Both the position numbers and the translations under genes were made by a program. Below the pieces are notes generated by a model. That model searched no databases. It was not told where the DNA came from and was given only the letters and a program-made list of their open reading frames with translations. A DNA stretch of 64,000 bases. Origin: Basidiobolus meristosporus CBS 931.73 (lineage: Eukaryota; Fungi; Basidiobolomycota). The DNA lies in assembly GCA_002104905.1 (NCBI GenBank), contig MCFE01000072.1, positions 1 through 64,000 on the forward strand, read 5' to 3'. Shown here piece after piece: positions 51,481-63,563 of the stretch. Within the stretch, counting starts at the first letter, position 1; each line of letters starts with the position of its first letter.

Positions 51481-52144
51481 ATTGATGGTTTGGGTTGAAT
51501 GAAGTTCAATAAATCCAGTAGCGTGATTATTTACAGAGCAAAGCGGAAACTATATTTAGCACATGAAAGGACTTGAAGTGGAAGTGGAATGATTCAACAA
51601 TGATACACGACGTGAAATATATAAGCTTTGGGGAAAATAGAATAATCTGCTATGATGCAATATGCTGTTACGCTAGAAAAAGTCCTAGTAGCCAATGTTG
51701 CAGCAAAAGGATTAACTTGCATGACAGTGACGCAACTAAAATGTGGCGTAGTAATTGGTGTCCTCACGATATGCCCGAATGTCGATTCCCAAACTAGTAA
51801 TGAACTCAGCCATAAATGCTCCTGAAACCTATTAATACTAGTTAAACAATTTGGGTAAAAATAAGCAATCGGCGGCTGTGGTGCATAGAGTTTGTATATC
51901 ACACTATGAAAAAAAGATCAAGAATAGATCACTCTAATACGCAATTGCAAAGATATCACTACAACACTTCGAAATTAAGGGTACGTCATCCGTAAGGTTA
52001 GGTTAAGAAGCTCTGAAGCGAAATAGAGCACTTAGTTACAAGATCAGTGTAGGAACTAATTTACTACCTTCCTTTAGTATATTGTCTCCAGTATTTAATA
52101 CTCCTTTCTCATTTCGCTCTAGTAAACTCAGTTAGCTATAGAAA

Positions 52145-53908
52145 ATGTCTGACGGTAGATTGGAAAAGATGGAAAAGGACTACAGTGATGTAGTTGATGT
52201 TCAGCTTCCAGAAGCTGAGCAATTAGCAAAGGTACATAATGTACTCATCTTGGCTATTGCTTCGTATTTTAATCTGTTTTTCGCCTCTTTAGAGTGGCGA
52301 GCTCCGCAAGGCCTTGGAACAACTTCTGTCCCTTGAGAAGCAAACGAGAACCGTAGGATTCTTTCGTTAGATTTTCATTTTCAATGAGGAATTAAGCTTA
52401 TCATAACAGGCCGGAGATCTTGCGTCTACCACCCGGATTCTCACCGGTATCGTCAAGATTTGTTACGAGTCCAACGATTGGAAGACCCTCAATGAATATG
52501 TCGTTCTTCTTTCTAAAAAGCACGGTCAATTGAAGCAGGTTATTTCCTTTTCAATTCGGTAGGCTCCGAATGGGCTATTGATAACATTTTCAATAGGCTA
52601 TCACCAAAATGGTTCAAGAAGCCATGTCATATCTGGACAAAACACCTGATATGCCTACCAAGCTTGAGTTGATTGACACTCTGAGAAACGTCACTGAAGG
52701 AAAGGTATGTGCAAATATTGAATACACTTGCTTGTTGTCGATTCAGAGAGCTTACTGTGGTTGTAGATTTACGTAGAAATTGAGAAGGCTCGCTTGACTC
52801 GTATGCTTTCAAAGATCAAAGAAGATGAAGGAAACGTCGCCGAAGCCGCAGACATTTTGCAAGAACTGCAGGTAACACCTCTATTGATCAATAGATCCTG
52901 CGATCGGGTATTTATACGGAACTCAAACGTGAATAGGTGGAGACTTTTGGATCGATGGAGAAGAGAGAAAAGACAGATTTTATCTTGGAACAGATGAGAC
53001 TGTGCTTAGCCAAGAAGGACTTCATTAGAACTCAACTCATTAGCCGTAAAATCAGCACCAAATTCTTCAACGAGCCCGAGCAGGCTGATTTGAAGCTTCG
53101 TTATTATGATCTCATGATCCAGTACGCCCTACATGAGGGAGAGTATCTTAATATTTGCAAGTATTATAGACAAATCTACGACACCGAGTCTATCAAGAAG
53201 GATGAATCCAAGTGGAAGGAGGTGAGCCTTGTGAAGAGTGTCTCCCTTTGTACGTGCTGTGGTTAACTCTTGGACATGTGTAGGTTCTTCAAAACGTGGT
53301 TTTGTTCATCGTTCTGTCACCATTTGACAATGAGCAATCTGACTTGATCAACCGTATCGCAGAAGATCCTAACCTCGCCAAGCTTCCTCTTTACAAGGAG
53401 CTTCTTAAAAGCTTCATTACTATCGAATTGATGAGATGGCCTAGAGTGGAGGAGATCTATGGCCCCGCTTTGAAGAGCACCGCCGTTTTCAGTCAAAAGG
53501 AAACCGGTAACGATCGTTGGAACGATCTTCACAAGCGTGTTATCGAACATGTAAGTTTCTTGCCCCTCTTTCGCAAACTATTCGTGTAGACGCTAATGAT
53601 TTTGGAATTAGAACATTCGAGTTGTTGCCAAGTACTACACCCGCATCACCACCAAGCGCTTGACACAGTTGTTGGATTTGTCTGATCGCGAAACCGAGGA
53701 GTTCCTTTCCAAGTTGGTTGTCTCCAAAACAATCTATGCCAGAATCGATCGTCCCGCCGGGATCATCAGCTTCTCTGCACCCAAAGACCCCAACCAAGTG
53801 CTGAATGATTGGTCTCACGACGTCAACTCTCTGCTTGGTTTGATTGAAAAGACCACCCATTTGATCAACAAGGAGGAGATGGTGCATAAGATTACCAAAG
53901 CATTGTAA
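52145..53908 (+). CDS. RPN5: 26S proteasome lid subunit Rpn5/PSMD12, multi-exon
   Basis: [57 protein letters not shown] and ARIDRPAG. Confidence 0.97.
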
Positions 53909-54184
53909 AAACTTGATCACCTCAATAATACCTTGAAACCGAGCCTCGTCTGTTTTCGTTCTTGTTTTAGTTGAGTTGTTTAGTGAGCTTCCTAATTTTC
54001 TTACAGTTCCAAGCCATCATCTGAATAGCTCAATAAGGGTCCATGATTATTTGGCAAATGTATTTAATAAAACTGATTGAGAATCTAGCTTCGTGTTTGT
54101 TGTTTGGTTGCCTTTATTTATGTATCTTCAACGATACCTATATTCAGAAACTATACATGGGTCATAACATGGCTGGAGCGTGAT

Positions 54185-55791
54185 TTAGCACACCCCGGAG
54201 GTCTTGCTAGGCAATTGGTTGCCTTGTGCGCCATGTTTTTTGTGGAAGGTAACCCGAGAGACATTTCTTAGCCTGTGGTGATGACGATGGTGGGCAGACT
54301 TGTGCTCCTCAATGGTTTTGGAATCCATCTTCTCGAGCATGTGGATTGTCGACATCAAGTCCTTGATCAACAACTCACATCTTGAGCGAGAGAAATCTTC
54401 ACGAATCACCACACGGCACAGCTTGACCTTCTCGGCATGGGGTGCCATGGTGTAAGCGGGGATGATCCAACCGCGTTCCCTTAATTTAGCGACGATATCG
54501 AATTCGTCAAATTTGGACTTCTTACTTAGTTTGAACGCGACCAGAGGGAGACCGTAGCCGTTACCCTCGCTTAAAATATCGAAATAGCCAGTAGCCTTCA
54601 GATTTTCGGCCAAGAAATCGGCCGTCTGTGTCAAGTTGTTCATGATCGAACGGAATCCGCTTTTACCTAACCGGATGAATATGTAATACTGGGCAATCAC
54701 ATTGGAGGCTCCTTTGCTGAAGTTGAGGGTGAACGAGGCTTGATCAGCACCCAAGTAGTTGATGTTAAAGATCAGGTCCTTGGGTAAGTACTCGGGGCTA
54801 CGCCACACACACCAGCCAATACCAGGGTAACAAAGGCCATATTTGTGACCACTAGCGTTGATAGAGGCCACCAATGGCAAGCGGAAGTCCCAGACCAACT
54901 CTGGTCTAACAAATGGTGCCACGAAACCACCCGAGGCCGCATCAACGTGGATTTGGACATCCAAACCTTCTTCCTTGTTTTTCTTCTCGAGCAGATTGTT
55001 TAATGTCTGAACATCTTCGTAATGACCGGTGTAGGTGGAGCCTAAGATTGCGGCCACACCAATGGTGTTCTCATCAACCAGATCAACTGCCTCTTGAGGA
55101 GTCAGAACGAAGCAATTTTCAGTGCAGTAAACATAGCGAGGCTCAATCTCAAGATATTTGACAGCCTTCTCCCAGCATACTTGGACGTTAGCCCCCATAA
55201 CAATGTTGGGTTGAGTTGCGTCTTTCCCCGCAGCCTTGCGCTTCTCTTGCCAGCGGCGTTTCATTGCCAAACATGCCAAGATGATGGCCTCAGAGGATCC
55301 GATAGTGGAGCAGCCAAGAGCCTCTGACGAAGAGTCGTCCATGGGTGCATTAAATAGACGAGCGATCATGTTAACGCAGCGATTTTGAATTTCACATGTC
55401 AACGGATATTCCTCGTAGTCAATGAAATTCTTGCTCAAATTTTCAGCCATCAGCTTCTCGGCCTCTTCTTCCATGTATGTGGTTACGAAACTAGCCAAGT
55501 TAAGGACGGGGTTTCCATCAAGCGCGAGTTCGTCTTTGATCAACTTGTACGCGACTTTGGGTGGCATTTCCTCGTCTGGCATTGAAAATCTGGGAATATC
55601 TTGGGCGGCCCAGTGGCTTCCGTAGACTGTGGTTGAGACGACACTATCGTCGTGAATACTGCTGGAGGGGTCGTCTGACTTGGCGAGACGGGCTAAAAAG
55701 GCGTCAGTTAGATCTCATGTCGCTAAAGCAAGGTGGCGAGGTACGGTCAAAGAAAATTACCATCGGAAACTGCGTGTGCTAGAAAAACCAT
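54185..55791 (-). CDS. GAD1: Glutamate decarboxylase (PLP-dependent group II), one 5' intron
   Basis: LDGNPVLNLASFVTTYME, GSSEA, HVDAASGGFVAPF, PLP-lysine motif SINASGHKYG and LNFSKGA. Ends KTSGVC. Confidence 0.96.
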
Positions 55792-56207
55792 TTTGAATAC
55801 AAGGTTACGAAGTGCTGAATGCTCTTGATCGAGTTAAATATACTTTTCAAAGCCCAAGCCACTGGCTTCTTGGTTTGGCCAATCTAATCTTTCGTATACA
55901 TGACGCATCCTCTGATTTCCACGCAACCAATACTTCAATTAGCCAGGGTAAATAACAGGACTTGAAGATTATGCTGGTTTGGTAACGTCACTGTTGTAGC
56001 ATGACGTCTGAACTTGAGGCGCATTGGCTATCGTGTTGCTCGAGGTATTTTTGGAAATTGCTGCAAAAACCTATATTTTGGTTCTGCCTAAAGTTTGTCC
56101 CGTCTGGTATCTCATGTTCCCATTTAGTTTGGATCCAGGTTCCTAATCAGTCTCAAGGGCAGCTGCCACATGACCGTACGATCTGATTGCTTAGGGAAAT
56201 GGAATCT

Positions 56208-56286
56208 TGATAAAGTCAGCGTCTTGACTGTATGCTGATTGACGTTGGATTCGACAAATAATAGTCACTCAGATAATCTCTGATAA
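56208..56286. promoter_or_regulatory. Three HGATAA sites in the divergent GAD1/aminotransferase intergenic region
   Basis: TGATAA 56208-56213, AGATAA 56271-56276 and TGATAA 56281-56286. Confidence 0.35.
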
Positions 56287-56356
56287 ATCTTCCGAGCCTG
56301 CAATTTCGGTGTATTTAACTTGGGAGACGTAATTATGTTCGTAGTGAACACTCAGC

Positions 56357-57835
56357 ATGCTTTCCTTAGACCAAGAAAACACTTTATTTGACCGCCCAGG
56401 GAATATTGACCCCAATGAAGACTTTGTGGACTTTACCATTGGTGCACCAGGGGCTGACCTGCTTCAGGAGGTTACCAAGCTTGCTTTGGCAGCTTCCCAA
56501 GAAGCCTTATCGGCACCGGATGCTCATTTTCTACTCCAATATGGGGCGGCAAAAGGTTTAGGTAGTTTCAGGAAAGAGCTGGCCAGATGGTTGGAGCATG
56601 AGTATCAGGAATCATCCATAGATCCGTAAGTCCCATATTCTAATCACTGCACTGATGCCTGGTTGTAATATTTTCGAAGTTCTCGTTTGACAGTAACCTC
56701 TGGCGCCACCCAGTCGTTCACCAACATTGTCACTTTGTTTACATGTCCCGATACTGTATTTCTCATAGAGGATCCCACCTATTTTCTGGCCTTGGACCTC
56801 GTACGAGAGCAGCGGAAAGACTCCACTATATTGCCTGTGCCAACTGACGAGTCAGGAATCATACTAGAGAACCTGGAGGACTTGCTCAAGAAGCATTCGC
56901 CCAAGGAGAAAAACATATGGCCCAATCGTTTCCCATTCATGCTGTATCTTGTGCCTACCCATAATAATCCTACTGGACGTTCATTGACTCATGAAAGACG
57001 GGTGGAGTTGGTGAAGCTTGCCGCCAAGTATAACGTGTTGGTTGTGTGTGATGATGTCTACGATATATTGAGATATGAGGATCGTGCAGACGCACCGAAG
57101 CGATTGGTGGCGTACGACTACGAAATTAACAAAGAGGCAGCAGGAACTGTTATTTCCAACGGAACATTTTCCAAGCTATTCGGTCCAGGGGTAAATATTT
57201 TGACTGAAATCTCTGTCTTTTCTGTGCTTCCAATGACACTTGACATTGTAGATTAGACTGGGTTGGATCGAAGCAAAAGAAGATCTTATCAACGCAATCA
57301 GTGAAAGGTAACCCTATGCCGCTTCCCTCTTAGTTGAAGGATAGTTCTAATCTAGTTGTGGGATCGTAGTGGACTTAATAACAGTGGTGGAAGTCCAAAT
57401 CAATTCGCATCCGGTAGGCTTGATGACCACACCATTTATGAGGTGTCGCCACTAACATAGGCTCTAGGGATAATGACTCAGCTACTCGCAAGCGGAAAAC
57501 TCTCAAGCTTTGTCGATGGCTTGAGAGATATTTATAGCAGTCGGCTAAAAGCATTGATGAGTGTATTGACCACTCAGTTACCATCATCTTGCCAAGTCCT
57601 ACATCCGAAAGGTGGCTATTTCGTGTGGATTCTCCTACCAAAGCATGTGAATACTCGGGAGCTCTTGACCCGTTGCCGTGAGGAAACCCATGTGATTTTC
57701 TCTCCTGGAGATCGATTTTCTCTTGCTGGTCAAACAAATCATTGCCTTCGTTTATGTTTTGCATATAATCCTGAGAAGAGGATCACCGACGGCGCTCAAA
57801 GACTGTGCCAATTTTTGGCTAGTCAGCTAAAATGA
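56357..57835 (+). CDS. PLP-dependent class I/II aminotransferase (2-aminoadipate transaminase/YER152C-like), multi-exon
   Basis: LQYG, VTSGATQS, EDPTY, PTHNNPTG, DDVY, GTFSKLFGPG-RLGW, GGYFVW and LRLCFA. Confidence 0.88.
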
Positions 57836-58136
57836 TTTGGTGGCAAATTTGCGTCACTAGTGTCTCGGTTTCTTTTACATTAGCTTCCCAAATAGTGCAT
57901 CATTGTCATGTATAAGTGCTTATCTATACCTAAAATATTGTGCGATCGTCAAGGCCATAGTGGATCCATATGTCGTATTCAATGTTGATCAAGTGATTCC
58001 TATTTCCATGGTAATAATTATTCATGAATGTGTATTAAATTCTGTTCATTCAGTAAATGTATAGGGGTTGGTTTATTCTAAAACAGTGATATGGGGTTTT
58101 CCAGTAGTCAGATCGGAGTAAATTCAGTATGACTAA

Positions 58137-59915
58137 TCATTGTGTCTTGATTTTGGTAGTTTGGATAGATGAATTAAGGGCACTGAGAATTGTCTGAATC
58201 CCCTTGAAAAATATGTAACATAGAGATACAGAGATGGCGGTAAGTATCAAATAAATATCGCAGTCATAACGCTTCCAGAATGCTAATCTAGACTCAGGAG
58301 ATTGGTGGATGCTCTTCATGGGGTCATCCGTCTTCCCGGCATATATCATCTGCTCAGCAATATCGGCCGCATACTGAATCCGTTTGGAGTTGATTTGGGC
58401 CAGAAGCTGCATGCGATGTACATTCCTTGCGAAGTGGCCGTCTTTATCCTCAAGCAGTAGCCTGGTTTTCTCCATCATCTCAGGGACGCTGAAGGTGGTG
58501 AGCTCCATGGGAATAGAGACTCCGGCAGACTGAAGGTTGGCAGCATTGTAAAAGTGATCCCCGAAAGTTGGTATGTTGAGCACCCTGGTTCCAGTCACCA
58601 ATGCTTCATTTGAGCTATCCAGACCCCCATGAGAAACAAATAGCACAGTGCTTGGGTGGGAAAGAATGGAGAATTGGGGTGCGAAATCAAGGATCCTGAT
58701 ATCCTCATGTTGATTCTTCAGGATTTGTTCAACCTGGATGGTGGCATTGTTGACACGTATCTCTTCAGGGAACTCTTCGGTGGCTGATGCGGAGAGAGGC
58801 CAGATGGCACCATCGATGACTTTGTCCTCGAGCAACTGCAACACACTAGTCAGGATTTTGGTGATGGTGGATCTTTCAAGTTGCGCGACGGTGCCGAATG
58901 CGATGTACACCACCTTTTGACGAGAGTCAAGGAATGCCTGCAACTCGGGCGTCAATGCTGGGTACTCGGGTGAGAGCAGAGGCCCAACAAGGTGAACATT
59001 CGGTGGCAAGTTCTTGGGTTTCTGTGAACAATGGGTTAGATCATGAGCATGAGTCTGAAGTAAGTGACATGGAGATTCTCAGTCAAAACTTACATCGATA
59101 CCGAAGAAGCTGTTGACAAACATGACTCCCTTGTCAATGTTGTTGAAGCCGAACTCTTTCCGGGCCTGTGCCCCAACCTTGACTCGCTCTCTGTTTGCTA
59201 TCCGTGCAAAGCGCCAGTTTTTCCAGAGATACATCAAGCGACGCTTGAAATTACGATTGAACCGGCTAACGATTCCCGAATCCATGACAGCGGATCCAAC
59301 ATCCAATGAGCTGGTTATGGTATCTGAAATTGAGTGCACTATTGAGAATGATTGAGACCGTTTGTTAGTGACAGGCTAGCACGTATGCGAATTGGAGGGA
59401 GACCTACATGCTCCTAATGAAGGGAGTTGTACAGTAAATGGAATGTCCAAATCGTGAGCTGCATCAATACAACCAAAGTTGAAAACATCGCACATCACCA
59501 AACTTGGCTTTTCTTCTGCGAATATCCTTGCCAGTTGATTGTACGATTCATCATAGGAAATTTGCCACATCACAGCAAGGACGTGTAGGAGATCATCCCT
59601 ATCAGCATTGCGAGTGACCTTTTTCGCGATTTCTTTGAGCTCGGTCATTGTCAGGGGACTATCACCCATGGAGACTCTTTCAAAACCCCAAGGGTTAGCC
59701 ATGTCAAGGAAAGGCGTGAAGCTAGCAAAGCCCACTTCATATCCACGTCGCTTCAATACGTTGGCGATCTGAAATATTGGCTTGGCGTGAGAATATCCCC
59801 CGAAGTGGGATGAGATCAGAACCTTTTTTGGTTGTCTCCATGTCTCGTTGAACAAAGCTTGCCCTGAAATGTGAGCGATGAGAGAAGGTAAGATAAACAG
59901 TGACTGAAGCTTCAT
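58137..59915 (-). CDS. UDP-glycosyltransferase (GT1) with signal peptide and C-terminal TM helix, copy 1, two introns
   Basis: SHFGGYSHAKP (catalytic His), MCDVF, YIAFGT and the UGT signature FAPQFSILSHPSTVLFVSHGGLDSSNEALVTGTRVLNIPTFGDHFYN. Confidence 0.92.
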
Positions 59916-59950
59916 ATTGATTGAGCTGTGAAGATTTGGGAATCGATACC

Positions 59951-60130
59951 ACTTATATACGGTAGAGTTGGGAGGGGCCTCCTTTGAACCATGGTTAGCT
60001 GATAAAGATAAGACGATGATGACAGTGATCTGATAACATCTCCAACAGTATGCAAACAGTATTGGTAAGGACGTATTTGCATGGGATCATACTGGTTTTC
60101 GGTGATGTTGAGCTGGCTCCGCTAGAACGG
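59951..60130 (-). promoter_or_regulatory. UGT copy 1 promoter: TATA, GATA sites including ATCTGATAA, and CCG-N6-CGG motif
   Basis: acttatata 59951-59959, ctgataaagataag near 60000, ATCTGATAA 60028-60036 and TCCGCTAGAACGG 60118-60130. Confidence 0.55.
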
Positions 60131-60753
60131 CAAAATAGGGAAAGCATGCTGTATCGTCCCCGAAATGTTCCTGATTATTATTGCTCGAATCATTTGTCCA
60201 TACTCCATCAATGAACACTACTTTAACTTTGAAACCTGTTTCACCTACTATTTTGACGAATATCCGGCAAATGAATTCTTTTAGATATTGCGGAGTGTAT
60301 GGATGGTAGTCCGAAGTGGTGATACCTCGGCGAATGATGAGGCCGAGAATATGTATTAGGCGGGGTACATATGGCATTGCAATCGACGATCAATTCCTAT
60401 TTGATTTTTAGATTGTTGTAATTTTGCTGTAATCTTGATTGCTTCATCTTATAACCAGATTCGGTACTCGTGCCAAAGATTTAAAATCAAAAATCATCTC
60501 CAATTTTCTTAAATGGGACGTATGAGCCTCTTTCTCTGTACAAAGTTTACGAATTACCAAAGATTTCTTTGGAAATGCTAGGAGCTCTATTTGCTGCTTC
60601 CACTGTTGAGAGAGCTGGTACTTTCGAGAATGTTGAGGTAGCTGAGCTAGCGATTGATTTAGTTTTTACCAAGAGATCGAGTTCTCAACATTTATTTCTA
60701 AACTTGACCCTATATTATATTTCTCAACTTGGGGAAGATGGAAATAAACTAGC

Positions 60754-62512
60754 CTAAAGTTTTTTGACCTTCGCAGACGGAGAAAAAGAAATAACAGCCT
60801 CAAAGGCCACTTGTGCCAGCCGGAAAAAGCCATAGGATAGCATGGTTGAGATGCTGATCAATATTATGTAGATATCTAGGTCATATCGTAGCCAGAGCGA
60901 CAACCTGGATTCAAGTGTTTGATGAATGTTCTTCATTGGATCATCCGTGTTCCCAGCATAAATCATCTGTTCAGCAATATCGGCTGCATGCTGAATCCGT
61001 TTGGAGTTGATTTGGGCTAAAAGCTGCATACGATGTACATTCCTTGCGAAGTAGCCGCCTTTATCCTCAAGCAGTAGCTTGGCTTTTTCAATCATCTCGG
61101 GGATGGAAAATGTGTTTATATCCATGGGAATGGTAACTCCAGCAATTTTAAGGTTAGCTACATTATAAAACTGATCTCCGAAGACTGGTAGGCTGAGTAC
61201 TCTAGTTCCAGTCACCAATGCTTCATTGGCACTGTCCAAACCGCCATGAGAAACAAATAGCACAGTGTTTGGGTGGGAAAGGACAGAGAACTGCGGTGCA
61301 AAATCAAGGATCCTGATATTCTCATGCAGATTCTTCAGGATTTGTTCAACCTGGATGGTGGCATTGTTGACATGTATCTCTTCAGGGAACTCTTCGATGG
61401 CCGATACGGAGAGAGGCCAGATGACACCATCAACGGCTTTATCATCGAGCAACTGTAACACACTAGTCAGGATTTTGGTAATCTTGGCTCTATCAAGTCG
61501 AACATTGGTGCCAAATGCAATATAGGTAACTCTTTGTCGAGAATCAAGGAATGACTGCAACTCAGGTGTCAATGGTGGGTACTCAAATGAGAGCAATGGC
61601 CCAACAAGGTGAACATTGGGGGGTAGATTTTTTGGTTGCTAAATGCCAAATGTTAGGTCTGGTCCCAACAGTAAGATAGTTAGATCTTGATAACTTACAT
61701 CGATTCCAAAGAAGCTGTTTACAAAGATCACCCCCTTATCGAAGTTATTGAATCCCGGCTCTTGCCGTACTACTGAACCAGACTTGACCCGCTCTTGATT
61801 TGCTATCTGTGTGAAATGCCAATTTTTCCATAGGTATTCCAAGCGACGCTTGAAGTTCCGATTGAACCGACCAACTACCCCGAAATCCGTAGTAACTGAT
61901 CCAATATCTAGAGAGTTTATCACGGTGTCTGATATCGAATATACTGGAGAAAAAAGTGGGTACACTGTCAGCATCATGTAGTTATATAAAGAATTTGTAT
62001 GGAATCTTACGTAGACACAGAGATGCCACCTGTACTGAGAACGGGATGTTCAAATCAGAGGCAGCATCAATGCAGCCAAAGTTGAAGACATCACACATCA
62101 CAAAGTTTGGCTTTTCTTCAGCAAATATCCTTTTCAGCTGTTGATAGGAATAATCATAAGCTGTGTGCCACATTATCGCGACAACTTTCATGATATCCAT
62201 GTGAGGGTCACTAATCAGCCTCTTTGATGCTTCCTTGATCTCCTCAACAGTTAGTGGCCCATCACCCATTGGTATTTTTCGCATCCCCCAAGGGTTCGCT
62301 AAATCAAGAAATGGCGTGAAACTAGCAAAGCCCACTTCGTATCCACGTCGTTCTAATGCACTTGCAACTTGAAAAATAGGCTTCGCATGAGAGTATCCCC
62401 CATAATGGGACGAGATGATGATTTTACCTGGCTGCCGCCAAGTCTCGTTAAATGAAACCTGGCCTGTGGCCAAAGAGATAAAAGATGGTAGAATAAGGAG
62501 TGTAATTTTCAT
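60754..62512 (-). CDS. UDP-glycosyltransferase (GT1), copy 2, two introns
   Basis: SHYGGYSHAKP, FAPQFSVLSHPNTVLFVSHGGLDSANEALVTG...FGDQFYN and a C-terminal TM helix with a KVKKL tail. Confidence 0.92.
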
Positions 62513-62550
62513 ACTGTATGATTTGATTCTCCTATAGACATCATACGCAT

Positions 62551-62811
62551 ACTTATATAGTAAAAATTGCAGTGTAGAGAATCATCTTTTGGTCCAAAGA
62601 CCCTCATCTACGAATAGTTCAATCTGATAAGGATGGGTGCACAAAGAATCTGATAACTCGCTGTACATTATTTCCATCTGATAATTTTGAAGTACACTAC
62701 ATATCGCTTGTGGTACTACTTTTACTTAAACTCCCCCCATCAATCGTCTTACTCAACATGTATCATCATACTTAATGCAATCAATAAAGCTCTGTATATC
62801 CGCTAGAACGG
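62551..62811 (-). promoter_or_regulatory. UGT copy 2 promoter: TATA, three ATCTGATAA sites, and CCG-N6-CGG motif
   Basis: acttatata 62551-62559, ATCTGATAA at 62622-62630, 62648-62656 and 62676-62684, and TCCGCTAGAACGG 62799-62811. Confidence 0.65.
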
Positions 62812-63563
62812 AAAAACTGTCAACAAACATACAACATGAATATTAGTGTACACTTCATTGTTAACTCTGAGTCATTTCAAATGCGGTGTCAGCCAGTACA
62901 ACGAAGATTCAGATATAGAAGTATTTCTCGCATACCAAACATCACTCCAATATATCCCCAAAGGAATGAACTAGACAGCATGTGGTAACTGCGGAGCGTC
63001 TAGTTTATGTTTATGATGTCCTTTAAACTCAGCGAACAGGTTCAAGTCATTGCATATGCTCGTGTGTGATGATCATTACCAAATACGGCCTCGATTTCCA
63101 AAATAGGATAGAGAAGGTGTTGTGTGGCAGCCAGGCTATACTTTCGAAGATGAGATGGATGGGTCAAGTATATATGCTCCTGTACCGAGCCAGTTTATGA
63201 AGCCCTTTATTAAATTGGTTTCTCCGCAGTTGATATTTCAGCTTGCGAATTCAGTCCAATGAAGCCCTAGTCTAGATAATCATACACAATACCTGATGTC
63301 GACCCTGTCTTGTTTTGTTGGGACCAATTAGGTCTTGGCCACAAATCCACCACTTCGATCATTTGTTATTGTTAAATTATTAAGCCCTCTGATCAGAAGT
63401 TATTTGCGATTTATTTATAGCCTATTTTAGATGACAATTCTAAAGGTAGGGTGTGGATAGATGGTTACATGCTACTTGTCATAAATGTGCATTTATCTTC
63501 AACTAATTATAATTTAAGTTGGCTGCAAAGCCCTTCATATCAATTTGTCAAACGAAGTTACCT

